In this document: piece by piece, positions 1 through 10,576 of the stretch
How positions within the stretch are numbered: the first letter of the stretch is position 1
How the letters are laid out: the number at the start of each line of letters is the position of its first letter
Assembly: GCF_001457615.1 (NCBI RefSeq)
Contig: NZ_LN831024.1
Location: 1,440,001 to 1,472,000, forward strand
Reading direction: 5' to 3'
Source of the DNA: Pseudomonas aeruginosa
Lineage (GTDB): Bacteria; Pseudomonadota; Gammaproteobacteria; Pseudomonadales; Pseudomonadaceae
DNA: 32,000 bases
Made by a program: the position numbers and the translations under genes
The notes under the pieces: model-generated
Databases searched by the model: none
Told to the model about the DNA's origin: nothing
Seen by the model: the letters and a program-made list of their open reading frames with translations, nothing else

Positions 1-83
1 CCGGGCTAGCCGCGCCTGCGGGCAACCGTTCGGAACATTCTTCCCGTCGGGGGTAGGCGAGCGACTTGCCCTGTGGAATAATA

Positions 84-99
84 CTGTCTACTTATACAG
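84..99 (+). promoter_or_regulatory. LexA (SOS) box upstream of recA
   Basis: CTGTCTACTTATACAG matches the CTGT-N8-ACAG LexA operator and lies 43 bp upstream of the recA start. Confidence 0.93.
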
Positions 100-142
100 T
101 TGTTCGTGGCCGTCCGGCCGCCCTGACTTCGCGAGGACTTCA

Positions 143-1650
<1,508 letters not shown>

Positions 1651-1671
1651 GCGCGTGCCGGAGCGGCAGCT

Positions 1672-2748
1672 TCAGTCCCAGTTTTCCGGCAGGTTGATGT
1701 AGTCCAGCAATTCCCGCAGCCGCCCCTGGTCGCGCCCGTTGAACACGAAGGCGAGGCGGGTCAGGTTGCGGAACTCCGGTTCGTCCTGTTCCTGCTCGCT
1801 GTAGGCCTGCTGCTGGAAGCCGCCGCTCAGGCAGAGGCTGGCGAAGTGTTCGTGCAGGTGCGCCAGCGCGGCTTCGTTCAGGGCGTGGTTCAGGCGAATC
1901 ACGAAAGTGCCTTTCAGCCAGCGGCTGGAGTGGAAGTTGCGGTAGAACTGGGCGATTTCCTTCACCGCGTCTTCGGCCGAATGCACCAGGCGCATCAGGC
2001 GCATGTCGGCCGGCAGGATATAGTGATTCTCCAGCAACTGTTCCTGCATGAACTCCAGGGCGTGTTCCCAGTAGCGGCCGCCCGGCTGGTCGAGCAGCAC
2101 GATCGGCACCAGCGGACTCTTGCCGGTCTGTACCAGGGTCAGCACTTCCAGTGCCTCGTCTAGGGTGCCGAAGCCGCCGGGGCAGAGCACCAGGCCGTCG
2201 GCTTCCTTGACGAAGAACAGCTTGCGCAGGAAGAAAAAGTGGAACGACAGCAGGTTGCCGCTGCCGTCCACCGTATGGTTGGCGTGCTGCTCGAAGGGCA
2301 GGGTGATGTTGAAGCCCAGGCTGTTCTCCAGCCCGGCGCCTTCGTGGGCGGCGGCCATGATGCCGCCGCCGGCGCCGGTGATCACCATCAGGTCGTAGCG
2401 GGCCAGTTCCTCGCCCAGCTTGCGCGCCAGGGCATAGACCGGATGTTCGACTGGCGTGCGCGCCGAGCCGAACACGGTGACCTTGCGTCGCCGCTTGAAC
2501 TGCTCGAGGACGCTGAAGGCATGCTCCATCTCGCGCAGGGTCTGCAGCATGATCTTGGCGTCCCAGCGGTTGCGGTCGGCCTGGGCCATGCGCGTCACGG
2601 TGAAGAGCATCTCGCGGTAGAGCGCGAGATTGGGGCTGTCGCCGGGAGCCGCAAGGGCCGCCAGTTCGTCGACCTTCCGCGCCAGGTCGGTGCCGCTGGT
2701 CTGGAAGTGCCGGGAAAGATAGTCATCGGCTTCGTAGGGCATTCGCAT
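1672..2748 (-). CDS. LOG/lysine-decarboxylase-like family protein with N-terminal helical extension
   Basis: VFGSARTP...ITGAGGGIM...LCPGGFGTLDEALEVLTLVQTGK contains the PGGxGTxxE LOG signature. Confidence 0.88.
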   Translation of the reverse strand: MRMPYEADDYLSRHFQTSGTDLARKVDELAALAAPGDSPNLALYREMLFTVTRMAQADRNRWDAKIMLQTLREMEHAFSVLEQFKRRRKVTVFGSARTPVEHPVYALARKLGEELARYDLMVITGAGGGIMAAAHEGAGLENSLGFNITLPFEQHANHTVDGSGNLLSFHFFFLRKLFFVKEADGLVLCPGGFGTLDEALEVLTLVQTGKSPLVPIVLLDQPGGRYWEHALEFMQEQLLENHYILPADMRLMRLVHSAEDAVKEIAQFYRNFHSSRWLKGTFVIRLNHALNEAALAHLHEHFASLCLSGGFQQQAYSEQEQDEPEFRNLTRLAFVFNGRDQGRLRELLDYINLPENWD

Positions 2749-2824
2749 ACTCCTTCTACAACCACCCTGGACAGGCGGTCATCCGCATACTGCCACGGAC
2801 TGCGTGACAGTTGCGGACGGCGGC

Positions 2825-4228
2825 TCAGATCTCGATGCGTTCGCCGGGTTCCGGTATCTCGGCATCCCAGTCGAGACGCTCGCGGATCGCGCCCTGCAGC
2901 GCTTCCATCTTTTCCCGCTCGCCATGTATCAGGTATAGCGCTGGACGGTGGGCGAAGTGACCGACCCAGTCGAGCAGCTGCGATTGCCCGGCGTGGGCGG
3001 AGAAGCCGCCGAGGGTATGGATCTGCGCCTTGACCGCGATGCGCTGGTGGAACACGCGAACCGCGCTGGCGCCGTCGACGATGTTGCGGCCCAGGGTGCC
3101 GCGCGCCTGGAAGCCGGGGAATACCACATGGCATTCCGGGCGCCAGAGGTTGTGCTTGAAGTGATGGACGATACGGCCGCCGGTGCACATGCCGCTGCCG
3201 GCGATGATGACCGCGCCGCTCTTGATCCGGTTGATCGCCATCGACTCGTCGGCGCTGCGGGTGACGCGCAGCACCGGCAGCCATTCCTCCAGGCGGGTGG
3301 TGCCGGTGCCGCGAATGTACTCGCGGTCGCGGTCGTCGAACTCGTTGCTGTGGCGCAGGTAGATGCCATTGGCACGGGCGGCCATCGGGCTGTCGAGGAA
3401 TACCGCCTGTTGCGGCAGGCGGCCCTCCTGGTAGAAGCGGCCGAGGTAGTAGAGCAGGTCCTGGGTGCGGCCGACGGCGAACGACGGGATCAGCACGTTG
3501 CCGCCGTCGCGATGCGCCTGGTCGAGAATTGCCGCCAGTTCCTCCAGGGTGTCGTTGCTGTCGCGGTGATCGCGATCGCCGTAGGTGGATTCGAGCATCA
3601 CCACGTCGGCCCGGCTCAGCGGCGAGGGCGCTCGCATCAACGGCGAGCAGGTGTTGCCGAGGTCGCCGGAAAACACCAGGCGGCGCGGTTGCACCTGGTC
3701 GTGGAATTGCACTTCGACGATCGACGAGCCGAGGATGTGCCCGGCGTTGTGAAAGGTCACCCGCACGCCACGAGCGACCGCCACGGTGCTGCCGAGGCTG
3801 ATCGGCCGGCGCAGCTTGAGCGCGCGTTCGGTGTCGGCCTGGGTATACAGCGGCTTGATGCTCGGCTTGCCGATCCGGTTGCGCCAGCGGTTCTCCCACT
3901 CGGCGTCCTTTTCCTGGATGTGCGCAGAGTCCAGCAGCATGAGTTCCAGCAGTTCGCAGGTGGCCTCGGTGGCGAAGATCGGGCCCTTGAAGCCCTCGGC
4001 CGCCAGGCGCGGCAGCAGGCCGCTGTGGTCCAGGTGGGCGTGGGAGATGACCACCGCGTCGATGCTCGCGGGATCGAAGGGGAAGGGCGCGCGGTTGCCG
4101 TTGTCGGCTTCGCGGCGCCCCTGGCGCATGCCGCATTCGAGCAGGACCTTCACGCCATCGAGGGTTTCCAGCAGATAACAGGAGCCAGTGACCTCCTGGG
4201 CGGCGCCTAGAAACGTCAGTGATGCCAT
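2825..4228 (-). CDS. MBL-fold/beta-CASP metallohydrolase with RNA-specificity (RMMBL) type C-terminus
   Basis: MASLTFLGAAQEVTGSCYLLE...VISHAHLDHSGLLPRL...GDLGNTCSPLMRAP...ESTYGDRDH...GSGMCTGGRIVHHFKHNL...LGGFSAHAGQSQLLDW. Start set at the internal ATG (467 aa) rather than the upstream codon at 4390. Confidence 0.92.
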   Translation of the reverse strand: MASLTFLGAAQEVTGSCYLLETLDGVKVLLECGMRQGRREADNGNRAPFPFDPASIDAVVISHAHLDHSGLLPRLAAEGFKGPIFATEATCELLELMLLDSAHIQEKDAEWENRWRNRIGKPSIKPLYTQADTERALKLRRPISLGSTVAVARGVRVTFHNAGHILGSSIVEVQFHDQVQPRRLVFSGDLGNTCSPLMRAPSPLSRADVVMLESTYGDRDHRDSNDTLEELAAILDQAHRDGGNVLIPSFAVGRTQDLLYYLGRFYQEGRLPQQAVFLDSPMAARANGIYLRHSNEFDDRDREYIRGTGTTRLEEWLPVLRVTRSADESMAINRIKSGAVIIAGSGMCTGGRIVHHFKHNLWRPECHVVFPGFQARGTLGRNIVDGASAVRVFHQRIAVKAQIHTLGGFSAHAGQSQLLDWVGHFAHRPALYLIHGEREKMEALQGAIRERLDWDAEIPEPGERIEI

Positions 4229-4407
4229 CGAGCCTCCTCCGTCAGAGCTCTGTCGACACCCCGATACCTTTCGGGGATCGTGGAATGCCATGGAACCTTC
4301 GTACAGGGCCAGAGTGAACGAATCGTGGGCGGGGAGCTTGATGCAGGTCAGCGCCCTTTGCCGTGTGCTGCCTAGACTGCAAGGCACCACTAGGGAGGCT
4401 ACCCACC

Positions 4408-6813
4408 ATGAGTCAGATTCTGCCCAGTCAGGACGAGTTGCTTGCCCATGCGGCGGCCGAGCCGGCGTTTGCCGCGTGGCTGCAAGGCCATGGTCCGCTC
4501 CAGCATAGCGCAGAGACCCGCGCCGCCGTGTTCCGCACCGCTCATCAATTGGTCCAAGCCGGGCTGCAACCGGACCTGGCCAGCGTCTACCAGCTGTTCC
4601 GCGCCCTCGACCGGCTGACCGCCAGCGCCCTGCGCATCGTCGTGCACATGACCTACGCTCGGCGCATCCGCCTGGACGGCCAGCCGTTGCAGGCCGAGGA
4701 TTTCAAGACACAGCCCGAGGGCCACACCGGCGGAGCCCTGAACATGGTCCCGGCCTACGCCGGCTATCTGGCACTCAACGTCCTGACCGGCAAGACTCGC
4801 GCCTGGCTGATGGGCCAGGGCCATTGCGTGGCCGCCATCGACGCGCTGAACGTCCTCACCGGCAACCTGCACCCGGAGCAGGAGCGCGCCTATGCCGACG
4901 GCGAGGAAGGGCTGAACCGCTTGCTGCAGGACTTCTACGGCTACGCCCAGGCCCCCAACGGCGCACCGGCGGCGCCACTGGGCAGCCACGTGAATCCGCA
5001 TACCGCCGGCGGTATCGCCGAGGGCGGCTACCTCGGCTTCGCCGAATTGCAGTACGCGCACATGCCGCTGCCCGGCGAGACCCTGGTGGCGTTCCTCTCC
5101 GATGGTGCCGCCGAGGAACAGCGCGGCAGCGACTGGATTCCGCGCTGGTGGCGAGCCGAGGATTGCGGGGCGGCGCTGCCGGTGATGATCGCCAATGGCC
5201 GGCGCATCGAGCAGCGCACCGAACTGGGCACCCATGAGGGGCTGGAGGGCTTCAAGCTGCATCTGCGCCGATGCGGCTTCGATCCGATCAGCTTCGATGG
5301 GCGCGACCCGGCCGCCTTCGTCTGTACGCTCTGGGAGATGGAGCAGCGCCTGGAGCGGCGCGTGCAGGAGAAGAACAGCGGCATCCTCCGCTACCCGCTG
5401 CCGATTCCCTACGGCATCGCCGAGACGGTCAAGGGCTTCGGCTTCTATGGCGCCGGCAGCAACGCCGCGCACAACCTGCCGCTGCCGGGCAATCCGCATA
5501 ACGACGAACAGGCCCGGCAACTGTTCAACCAGCATGCAAACGAACTCTGGGTCGAGCCTGAGGCTCTCGAATTGGCCCGCCGGCTGTTCGCCGAGCAGCG
5601 CGGCGAGCGTCCCCTCGAACGGGACAACCCGCTGGCCCTGCGCCATCCCATCGAACCGATCATCCCGCCGCTGCGCTATCGCGACGACGCCTGCTCGCCG
5701 ATGGCCGCGCTGGACCGCTTCTATACCGAACTGGTGGAGGCCAACCCCGACCTGCGCGCCCGGGTCGGCAATCCCGACGAATTGGCCAGCAACCGCCTCG
5801 GCGGCGTGCTCAAGGCGCTCAAGCATCGGGTCAGCGAGCCGGAGAGCGAACTGGAATCGGTGAGCGGTCGGGTCATCACCGCGCTCAACGAGGAGGCGGT
5901 GGTGTCCGCCTGCCTGGCCAACCAGGGCGGACTCAACCTGGTTGCCAGCTACGAGGCGTTCTGCGTGAAGATGCTCGGCGCGGTGCGCCAGACCCTGATC
6001 TTCGCCCGCCAGCAGAAGGAAGTCGGGCGTCCGGCCGGCTGGCTGGGCTGGCCGCTGGTCGCTACTTCGCATACCTGGGAGAACGGCAAGAACCAGCAGT
6101 CGCACCAGGACACCACCTTCTGCGAGGCCCTGCTTGGCGAGATGAGCGACATGGTCCGGGTGCTCTTCCCGGCCGATCACAACAGCGCCCTGGCGCTGCT
6201 ACCGACGATCTACCGCAGCCGGGGGCAACTGGCCTGCCTGGTGATCCCCAAGCGCGACCGGCCGATGGTGTTCGACGCCGTCCAGGCCGAGCGCCTGGCC
6301 CGCGACGGCGCGATCCTGGTCGAGGAACGCTGCGGCTCCGATCCGCTGCTGCTGATCGCCAACGGCAGCTACCAGCTCGAACAGATGCGCCGCGCCGCGC
6401 AGCGCCTGGCCGAGGCCGGGCAGGCCTACCGGCTGGTCTACCTGCAGGAGCCGGGACGCTTCCGCGCGCCGCGCGATCGCTGGGAGGTCGAGGCGGTGGC
6501 CGACGAGGCGCTGGTGGAACGACTGTTCCCGGATAGCCATGAGCGCCGCGTGCTACTCACCCATATGCGCGCGGAAGTGGCGCGCGGTCATCTTTGGCCG
6601 ATCCTGCCGGATGCCCGGCGCACCTCGGTACTCGGCTATCGCAACCGCGGCGGCACCCTCGACGAGGCGGGCATGCAGTTCGCCAACCGCGCCTGCTGGG
6701 GCAACGTGCTGGCGGCTTGCGCCCGCTTGATGGAGGTCCCGCGCACCGCGCTGCTGACCCCGGAGGAAGCGGCGGCGGTGGCCGGCAAGGGCGATCCGGC
6801 GTTGTTGCGCTGA
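4408..6813 (+). CDS. Phosphoketolase-like TPP-dependent enzyme (801 aa); substrate uncertain
   Basis: GHTGGALNMVPAYAGYLALNVLTGKTRAWLMGQGH; SDGAAEE...MIAN as TPP-binding DG...N; NPHTAGGIAEGGYLGFAELQYAH; DDACSPMAALDRFY; ATSHTWENGKNQQSHQDTTF; C-terminal LGYRNRGGTLDEAGMQFANRACWGNVLA. Overall XFP-like layout. Confidence 0.82.
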   Translation: MSQILPSQDELLAHAAAEPAFAAWLQGHGPLQHSAETRAAVFRTAHQLVQAGLQPDLASVYQLFRALDRLTASALRIVVHMTYARRIRLDGQPLQAEDFKTQPEGHTGGALNMVPAYAGYLALNVLTGKTRAWLMGQGHCVAAIDALNVLTGNLHPEQERAYADGEEGLNRLLQDFYGYAQAPNGAPAAPLGSHVNPHTAGGIAEGGYLGFAELQYAHMPLPGETLVAFLSDGAAEEQRGSDWIPRWWRAEDCGAALPVMIANGRRIEQRTELGTHEGLEGFKLHLRRCGFDPISFDGRDPAAFVCTLWEMEQRLERRVQEKNSGILRYPLPIPYGIAETVKGFGFYGAGSNAAHNLPLPGNPHNDEQARQLFNQHANELWVEPEALELARRLFAEQRGERPLERDNPLALRHPIEPIIPPLRYRDDACSPMAALDRFYTELVEANPDLRARVGNPDELASNRLGGVLKALKHRVSEPESELESVSGRVITALNEEAVVSACLANQGGLNLVASYEAFCVKMLGAVRQTLIFARQQKEVGRPAGWLGWPLVATSHTWENGKNQQSHQDTTFCEALLGEMSDMVRVLFPADHNSALALLPTIYRSRGQLACLVIPKRDRPMVFDAVQAERLARDGAILVEERCGSDPLLLIANGSYQLEQMRRAAQRLAEAGQAYRLVYLQEPGRFRAPRDRWEVEAVADEALVERLFPDSHERRVLLTHMRAEVARGHLWPILPDARRTSVLGYRNRGGTLDEAGMQFANRACWGNVLAACARLMEVPRTALLTPEEAAAVAGKGDPALLR

Positions 6814-6823
6814 GTTCGGCTGC

Positions 6824-6940
6824 GTATCGGCGGATAACGTCTGTGGCGTTATTCGCCCTGCCGAACGGGGGCGGGTGTCTGGTGAAGGCAGGGTATGGGC
6901 AGGGTATCGGCGGATAGCGTCGGCGACGTCATTCGCCTAC
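6824..6940. repeat. Two diverged copies of a REP-like imperfect inverted repeat
   Basis: GTATCGGCGGATAACGtctgtggCGTTATTCGCCCT and GTATCGGCGGATAGCGtcggcgaCGTCATTCGCCTAC, separated by a short spacer containing GGCAGGGTAT twice. Confidence 0.7.
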
Positions 6941-7158
6941 GGAGCGGGGGGACGAAGCGGCTTGAGCAGCCCGTCCAGCCCGTCGATCTTCAGTTCCAGG
7001 GTCAACTGCATCAGCCGCCCGAGTTCACCAGGCGGGAAGCCTTTCTTGTAGAACCACAGCAGGTACTCCTCCGGCAGGTCGACCAGCATCCGTCCCTGGT
7101 ACTTGCCGAACGGCATCGGCGTCCTGGCGATCTTCAGCAGATGCTGCTTGTCCAGCAT
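6937..7158 (-). CDS. Small DUF3820-like protein (73 aa)
   Basis: MPFGKYQGRMLVDLPEEYLLWFYKKGFPPGELGRLMQLTLELKIDGL is the typical (M/T)PFGKYKG...LPxxYLxWF pattern. Confidence 0.85.
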   Translation of the reverse strand: MLDKQHLLKIARTPMPFGKYQGRMLVDLPEEYLLWFYKKGFPPGELGRLMQLTLELKIDGLDGLLKPLRPPAP

Positions 7159-7176
7159 GGCGACCGCGCGGCGCGC

Positions 7177-7587
7177 TTACTTCTTGCCCTGGATGCGGCA
7201 GCTGCCGGCATCGAAGCGTTCGGTGGCGACCGGCTGGTTGGTCTTGTACTCGGTGAAGCTGTAGGTGAGGATCGCGCCGCGGGCGAGCAACTGGCGATAG
7301 CCGGTGTTGCTGCACACGCTATCGCCGAGCTGGCTGCGCACGCTGTCCGGGTTGGAGCGCATGCGCTCGGCGTGGCTGGCGCGTACGCTGAGGTGATTGA
7401 TCAACTGGTTGCCTTCGACGGTGTAGCCCTGGTCGAGGATGTCTTCGTTGATGGCGCGGGGAGTGCCTACGCTGCTTTCCTTGGCCACTTTCTCCAGCAT
7501 CTTGCTCAGTTCGAAATCCTTGAGCGAGGCGGCATGGGCGGCGGTGGGCAGGACGAAACAAAGGGCAAGGGCCATGAAGCGCGACAT
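7177..7587 (-). CDS. Small secreted/periplasmic conserved protein (136 aa) with signal peptide
   Basis: Start taken at MSRFMALALCFVLPTAAHAASLKDFELSKMLEKVAKESS, a clear Sec signal with AHA cleavage; two Cys in the mature part (SVCSNTGYR, AGSCRIQ). Confidence 0.8.
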   Translation of the reverse strand: MSRFMALALCFVLPTAAHAASLKDFELSKMLEKVAKESSVGTPRAINEDILDQGYTVEGNQLINHLSVRASHAERMRSNPDSVRSQLGDSVCSNTGYRQLLARGAILTYSFTEYKTNQPVATERFDAGSCRIQGKK

Positions 7588-7719
7588 CGAAGATCTCCTG
7601 GGGCAATAAGCGGATTCGACCGATGGAGGGGGCGAATTGTTTCCGTCGGCCCATTCCCGGGACGGACGGTGGCGAATGGGCGCCATGTTACCGCGTTCGG
7701 GGCGGGGCACGGAAACGCA

Positions 7720-7744
7720 AAAGGGCGACCGAGGGTCGCCCTTT
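7720..7744 (-). terminator. Intrinsic terminator downstream of potD
   Basis: Perfect hairpin AAAGGGCGACC-GAG-GGTCGCCCTTT, 19 bp past the potD stop; on the minus strand it ends in TTTT. Confidence 0.85.
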
Positions 7745-7762
7745 CGTCGATAGCGGTGCGGA

Positions 7763-8827
7763 TCAGCGCAGCTTGATCTCTGTCCAGAGCTTGTTCAGGG
7801 CGCGTCGCTGGCGCGAGTTCAGGTCCTTCAGCGGCTCCAGCCTGGCCTGGGTGGTGGCGTCCGGGAACAGGGCGGCGAGCGTCTTGATTTCCGGCTTGAT
7901 GAAGGGCAGGGCGGCGGCGTTGGGCGTGCCGGTACCGATCTGGTTGGTCAGCTCGGAAGCGTTCCGACCGTCGAGCATGAAGTCGATGAAGCGGTAGGCC
8001 AGGTCAGGGTTCTTCGAGCCCTTGTGGATCACCATGTTGTCGATGGCCAGCACCGCACCTTGGCGGGGCAGGGCGAAGTCGACCTTGAAGGCGCGGCCGG
8101 CAGCCTCCGCGTCGGCCCTGGCCTGGTACATGTCGCTGGAGTAGCCATGGGCGACCCAGATGTTGCCCAGGGTCAGCTCCTTGATATAGCTCGACGAGTT
8201 GAACGCGGCCCAGTACGGCTTGGCCGCGAGGATCAGCGCCTGGGCTTCCTTCCAGTGCTGCGGGTCGGTGTCGTTGGCGGAGTGACCGAGGTACTTCAGG
8301 GCGGCGCCGAACAGTTCCTGCGGGTCGTCCATCACCGTGACCCTGCCCTTGATCTTCTCCAGGACCGCCGGGTCGAAGATCACCGACCAGTCGGCGGGGT
8401 CGATGCCCAGCTTGTCCAGCTCGGTCTTGTTGTAGCCGACCAGGGTGGTGGTGAAGGCGTAGGGCAGGGAATAGCGGTTGCCCTTGTCGAAATCCTTGTC
8501 GAGGTAGCCCGCGGCCTCGTTGTTCAGGTTCGCCAGGCGACTCTTGTCCAGCTCCAGCAGGTCGCCCTTGCGGATCAGCGCCTCGACCGCGTTCTGGGTC
8601 GGGATGATCACGTCGTAGCCGCTGGCCCCGGCGGCCAGCTTGGCCATCATTTCCTCGGTGCCGGAATAGAACTCCTGCACCAGCTCGCAGCCACATTGCT
8701 GCTCGAAGCGTTTCACCGTGTCCTCGGCGATGTAGTCGTTCCAGTTGAACAGATACAGCTTCTCGGCGGCGGTGGCCTGGGCGGCTCCTGCCATGAGGGT
8801 TGCGACGAGCAACAGCTTTTTCATCAT
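7763..8827 (-). CDS. potD: Polyamine ABC transporter, periplasmic substrate-binding protein
   Basis: Signal peptide MMKKLLLVATLMAGAAQATAAEKLYLFNWNDYIAEDTVKRFEQQCG... with PotD/PotF-like fold sequence YDVIIPTQNAVEAL, FIDFMLDGRNASELTNQIGTGTPNAAA. Start may be the second Met at 8824. Confidence 0.93.
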   Translation of the reverse strand: MMKKLLLVATLMAGAAQATAAEKLYLFNWNDYIAEDTVKRFEQQCGCELVQEFYSGTEEMMAKLAAGASGYDVIIPTQNAVEALIRKGDLLELDKSRLANLNNEAAGYLDKDFDKGNRYSLPYAFTTTLVGYNKTELDKLGIDPADWSVIFDPAVLEKIKGRVTVMDDPQELFGAALKYLGHSANDTDPQHWKEAQALILAAKPYWAAFNSSSYIKELTLGNIWVAHGYSSDMYQARADAEAAGRAFKVDFALPRQGAVLAIDNMVIHKGSKNPDLAYRFIDFMLDGRNASELTNQIGTGTPNAAALPFIKPEIKTLAALFPDATTQARLEPLKDLNSRQRRALNKLWTEIKLR

Positions 8828-8915
8828 GGTTCCTTGTTACGGGGTGGCAGGGCTCCGGAAACCGGAGCAGGGCAAGGCCGCGGGCCTCTCCGGGAGGCAC
8901 GCGGGTTTCGGCGGA

Positions 8916-9686
8916 TCAATGGCCCTTGATGGCGCTGGGGGAGAGTTTCGAGGCGATCACGATCAGCACCAGGGTGAGCAGCATCAGCAGGGTGGAGACG
9001 GCGTTCACTTCGGGCGTCACGGCGATCTTGATCATGGTGTAGATCTGCGTCGGCAGGGTGGCGAAGCCGCCGCCGGCGGTGAAGAAGGTGATCACGAAGT
9101 CGTCGATGGACAGGGTGAAGGCCATCAGCGCGCCGGCGACGATGCCCGGCATGATCAGCGGCAGGGTCACCAGGCGGAAGCTCTGCCAGGGCGTGGCACC
9201 GAGGTCGCGGGCCGCCTCGGTGAGGCTTTCGTCCATGCCCGACATGCGCGCCTGCACCACCAGGGCGACGAAGCCGACCGAGAAGGTGATGTGCGCGAGG
9301 GTCACCGAGAGCATGCCCAGGCTCATGTTCAGGCCGATGAAGAAGATCACCAGCGAGACCCCCATCAGGAGTTCCGGAATGGCGATCGGGGTCAGCACCA
9401 GCAGGGGCAGCACGCGCAGCTTGAAGCGATGCAGGGCGACCCCGGCGAGGGTGCCGAGCAGGGTCGCCACGCTGGCCGAAACCAGCGCGATGACCAGCGA
9501 GTTGGCGGCGGCCTGGAGCATGTCGCGGTTGCCGAACAGCTTGCGGTACCAGTCCAGGGTGAAGCCCACCCACTCGGCGTTCAGCCGCGAGTCGTTGAAG
9601 GAGTACAGCACCACGATCACCAGCGGTACGTAGAGGAACAGGTACACCAGCGCGGTGGCGCTCCAGAGCAGGTAGGGCCTACGCAT
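8916..9686 (-). CDS. potC: Polyamine ABC transporter, permease
   Basis: Multi-spanning BPD permease: EAARDLGATPWQSFRLVTLPLIMPGIVAGALMAFTLSIDDFVITFFTAG. Overlaps the potB end by 8 bp. Confidence 0.93.
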   Translation of the reverse strand: MRRPYLLWSATALVYLFLYVPLVIVVLYSFNDSRLNAEWVGFTLDWYRKLFGNRDMLQAAANSLVIALVSASVATLLGTLAGVALHRFKLRVLPLLVLTPIAIPELLMGVSLVIFFIGLNMSLGMLSVTLAHITFSVGFVALVVQARMSGMDESLTEAARDLGATPWQSFRLVTLPLIMPGIVAGALMAFTLSIDDFVITFFTAGGGFATLPTQIYTMIKIAVTPEVNAVSTLLMLLTLVLIVIASKLSPSAIKGH

Positions 9687-10572
9687 GGGCGCCTCCCTTG
9701 CGGGCGCGCGCGGCGCCCATGCCGAGGGCGACCAGCAGCAGGATGCAGCCGGTCAGGGCGATCGACAGCGCGCTGCCGAACGGCCAGTCGCGGGAGTCGA
9801 GGAACTGGCTCTTGATCAGGTTGCCGATCATGATGCCGTCGGTACCGCCGACCAGGTCGGGGATGGCGAACATTCCCAGAACCGGGATGAATACCAGTGC
9901 CGCGCCGGCGGCCACGCCCGGCAGCGAGAGCGGGAAGGTCACCCGCCAGAAGCGTTGCCAACGACCGGCGCCGAGGTCCTGGGCGGCGTCCAGCAGGGCC
10001 GGGTCGTGTTTCTCCAGGTTGGCGTAGAGCGGCAGGATCATGAACGGCAGGTGCACGTAGACCATGCACAGGATCACCGCGAACGGGGTGAACATCAGGC
10101 TGATCGGCTGCGCGCCGAACAGGTCCAGCGCGGCGTTGATCCCGCGGGTCAGGGCACCGGACGGCGAGAGGATGATCATCCAGGCGTAGACGCGTACCAG
10201 CAGGTTGCTCCAGAACGGCAGGATCACCAGCAGGATCAGCAGGTTGCGCCACTTCGCCGGGGCCCGGGCGAGGGTGGTCGCCACCGGGTAGGCGAGCAGC
10301 AGGCAGGCCAGGGTGGTGACCAGGGCGTAGCCGAAGGATTTGACGAACAGTTGCAGGTACACCCAGCTCTCGGTGAGCCGGGTGTAGTTCTCCACGCTGA
10401 GGTCGTAGAAGGTCTGCCCGTCCTCGCTGTACATCCAGGGCGCCAGGCCGCCGTAGTCGCCGGGAAAGCGGAACGAGGCGAACAGCATGATCAGCGCCGG
10501 AACCAGGAAGAAGAACAGCAGATACGCTTGCGGCGGCCAGACCAGCAGCCACTTGCCGAGGTTCTTTCTCAT
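9679..10572 (-). CDS. potB: Polyamine ABC transporter, permease
   Basis: MRKNLGKWLLVWPPQAYLLFFFLVPALIMLF...LLDAAQDLGAGRWQRFWRVTFPLSLPGVAAGAALVFIPVLGMFAIPDLVGG. Start placed at the ATG 4 nt after the potA stop; the ORF track start at 10602 overlaps potA. Confidence 0.92.
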   Translation of the reverse strand: MRKNLGKWLLVWPPQAYLLFFFLVPALIMLFASFRFPGDYGGLAPWMYSEDGQTFYDLSVENYTRLTESWVYLQLFVKSFGYALVTTLACLLLAYPVATTLARAPAKWRNLLILLVILPFWSNLLVRVYAWMIILSPSGALTRGINAALDLFGAQPISLMFTPFAVILCMVYVHLPFMILPLYANLEKHDPALLDAAQDLGAGRWQRFWRVTFPLSLPGVAAGAALVFIPVLGMFAIPDLVGGTDGIMIGNLIKSQFLDSRDWPFGSALSIALTGCILLLVALGMGAARARKGGAHA

Positions 10573-10576
10573 CGTG

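Noticed and set aside
2948-4210. 420-aa plus-strand ORF opposite the MBL hydrolase
   Set aside because: Antisense to a clear conserved gene; low-complexity His/Val/Ala/Asp composition typical of high-GC shadow ORFs.
8745-9815. 356-aa plus-strand ORF rich in His, Gln, Glu and Asp across the potC region
   Set aside because: Looks like a repetitive histidine-rich protein but is the reverse complement of hydrophobic permease codons.
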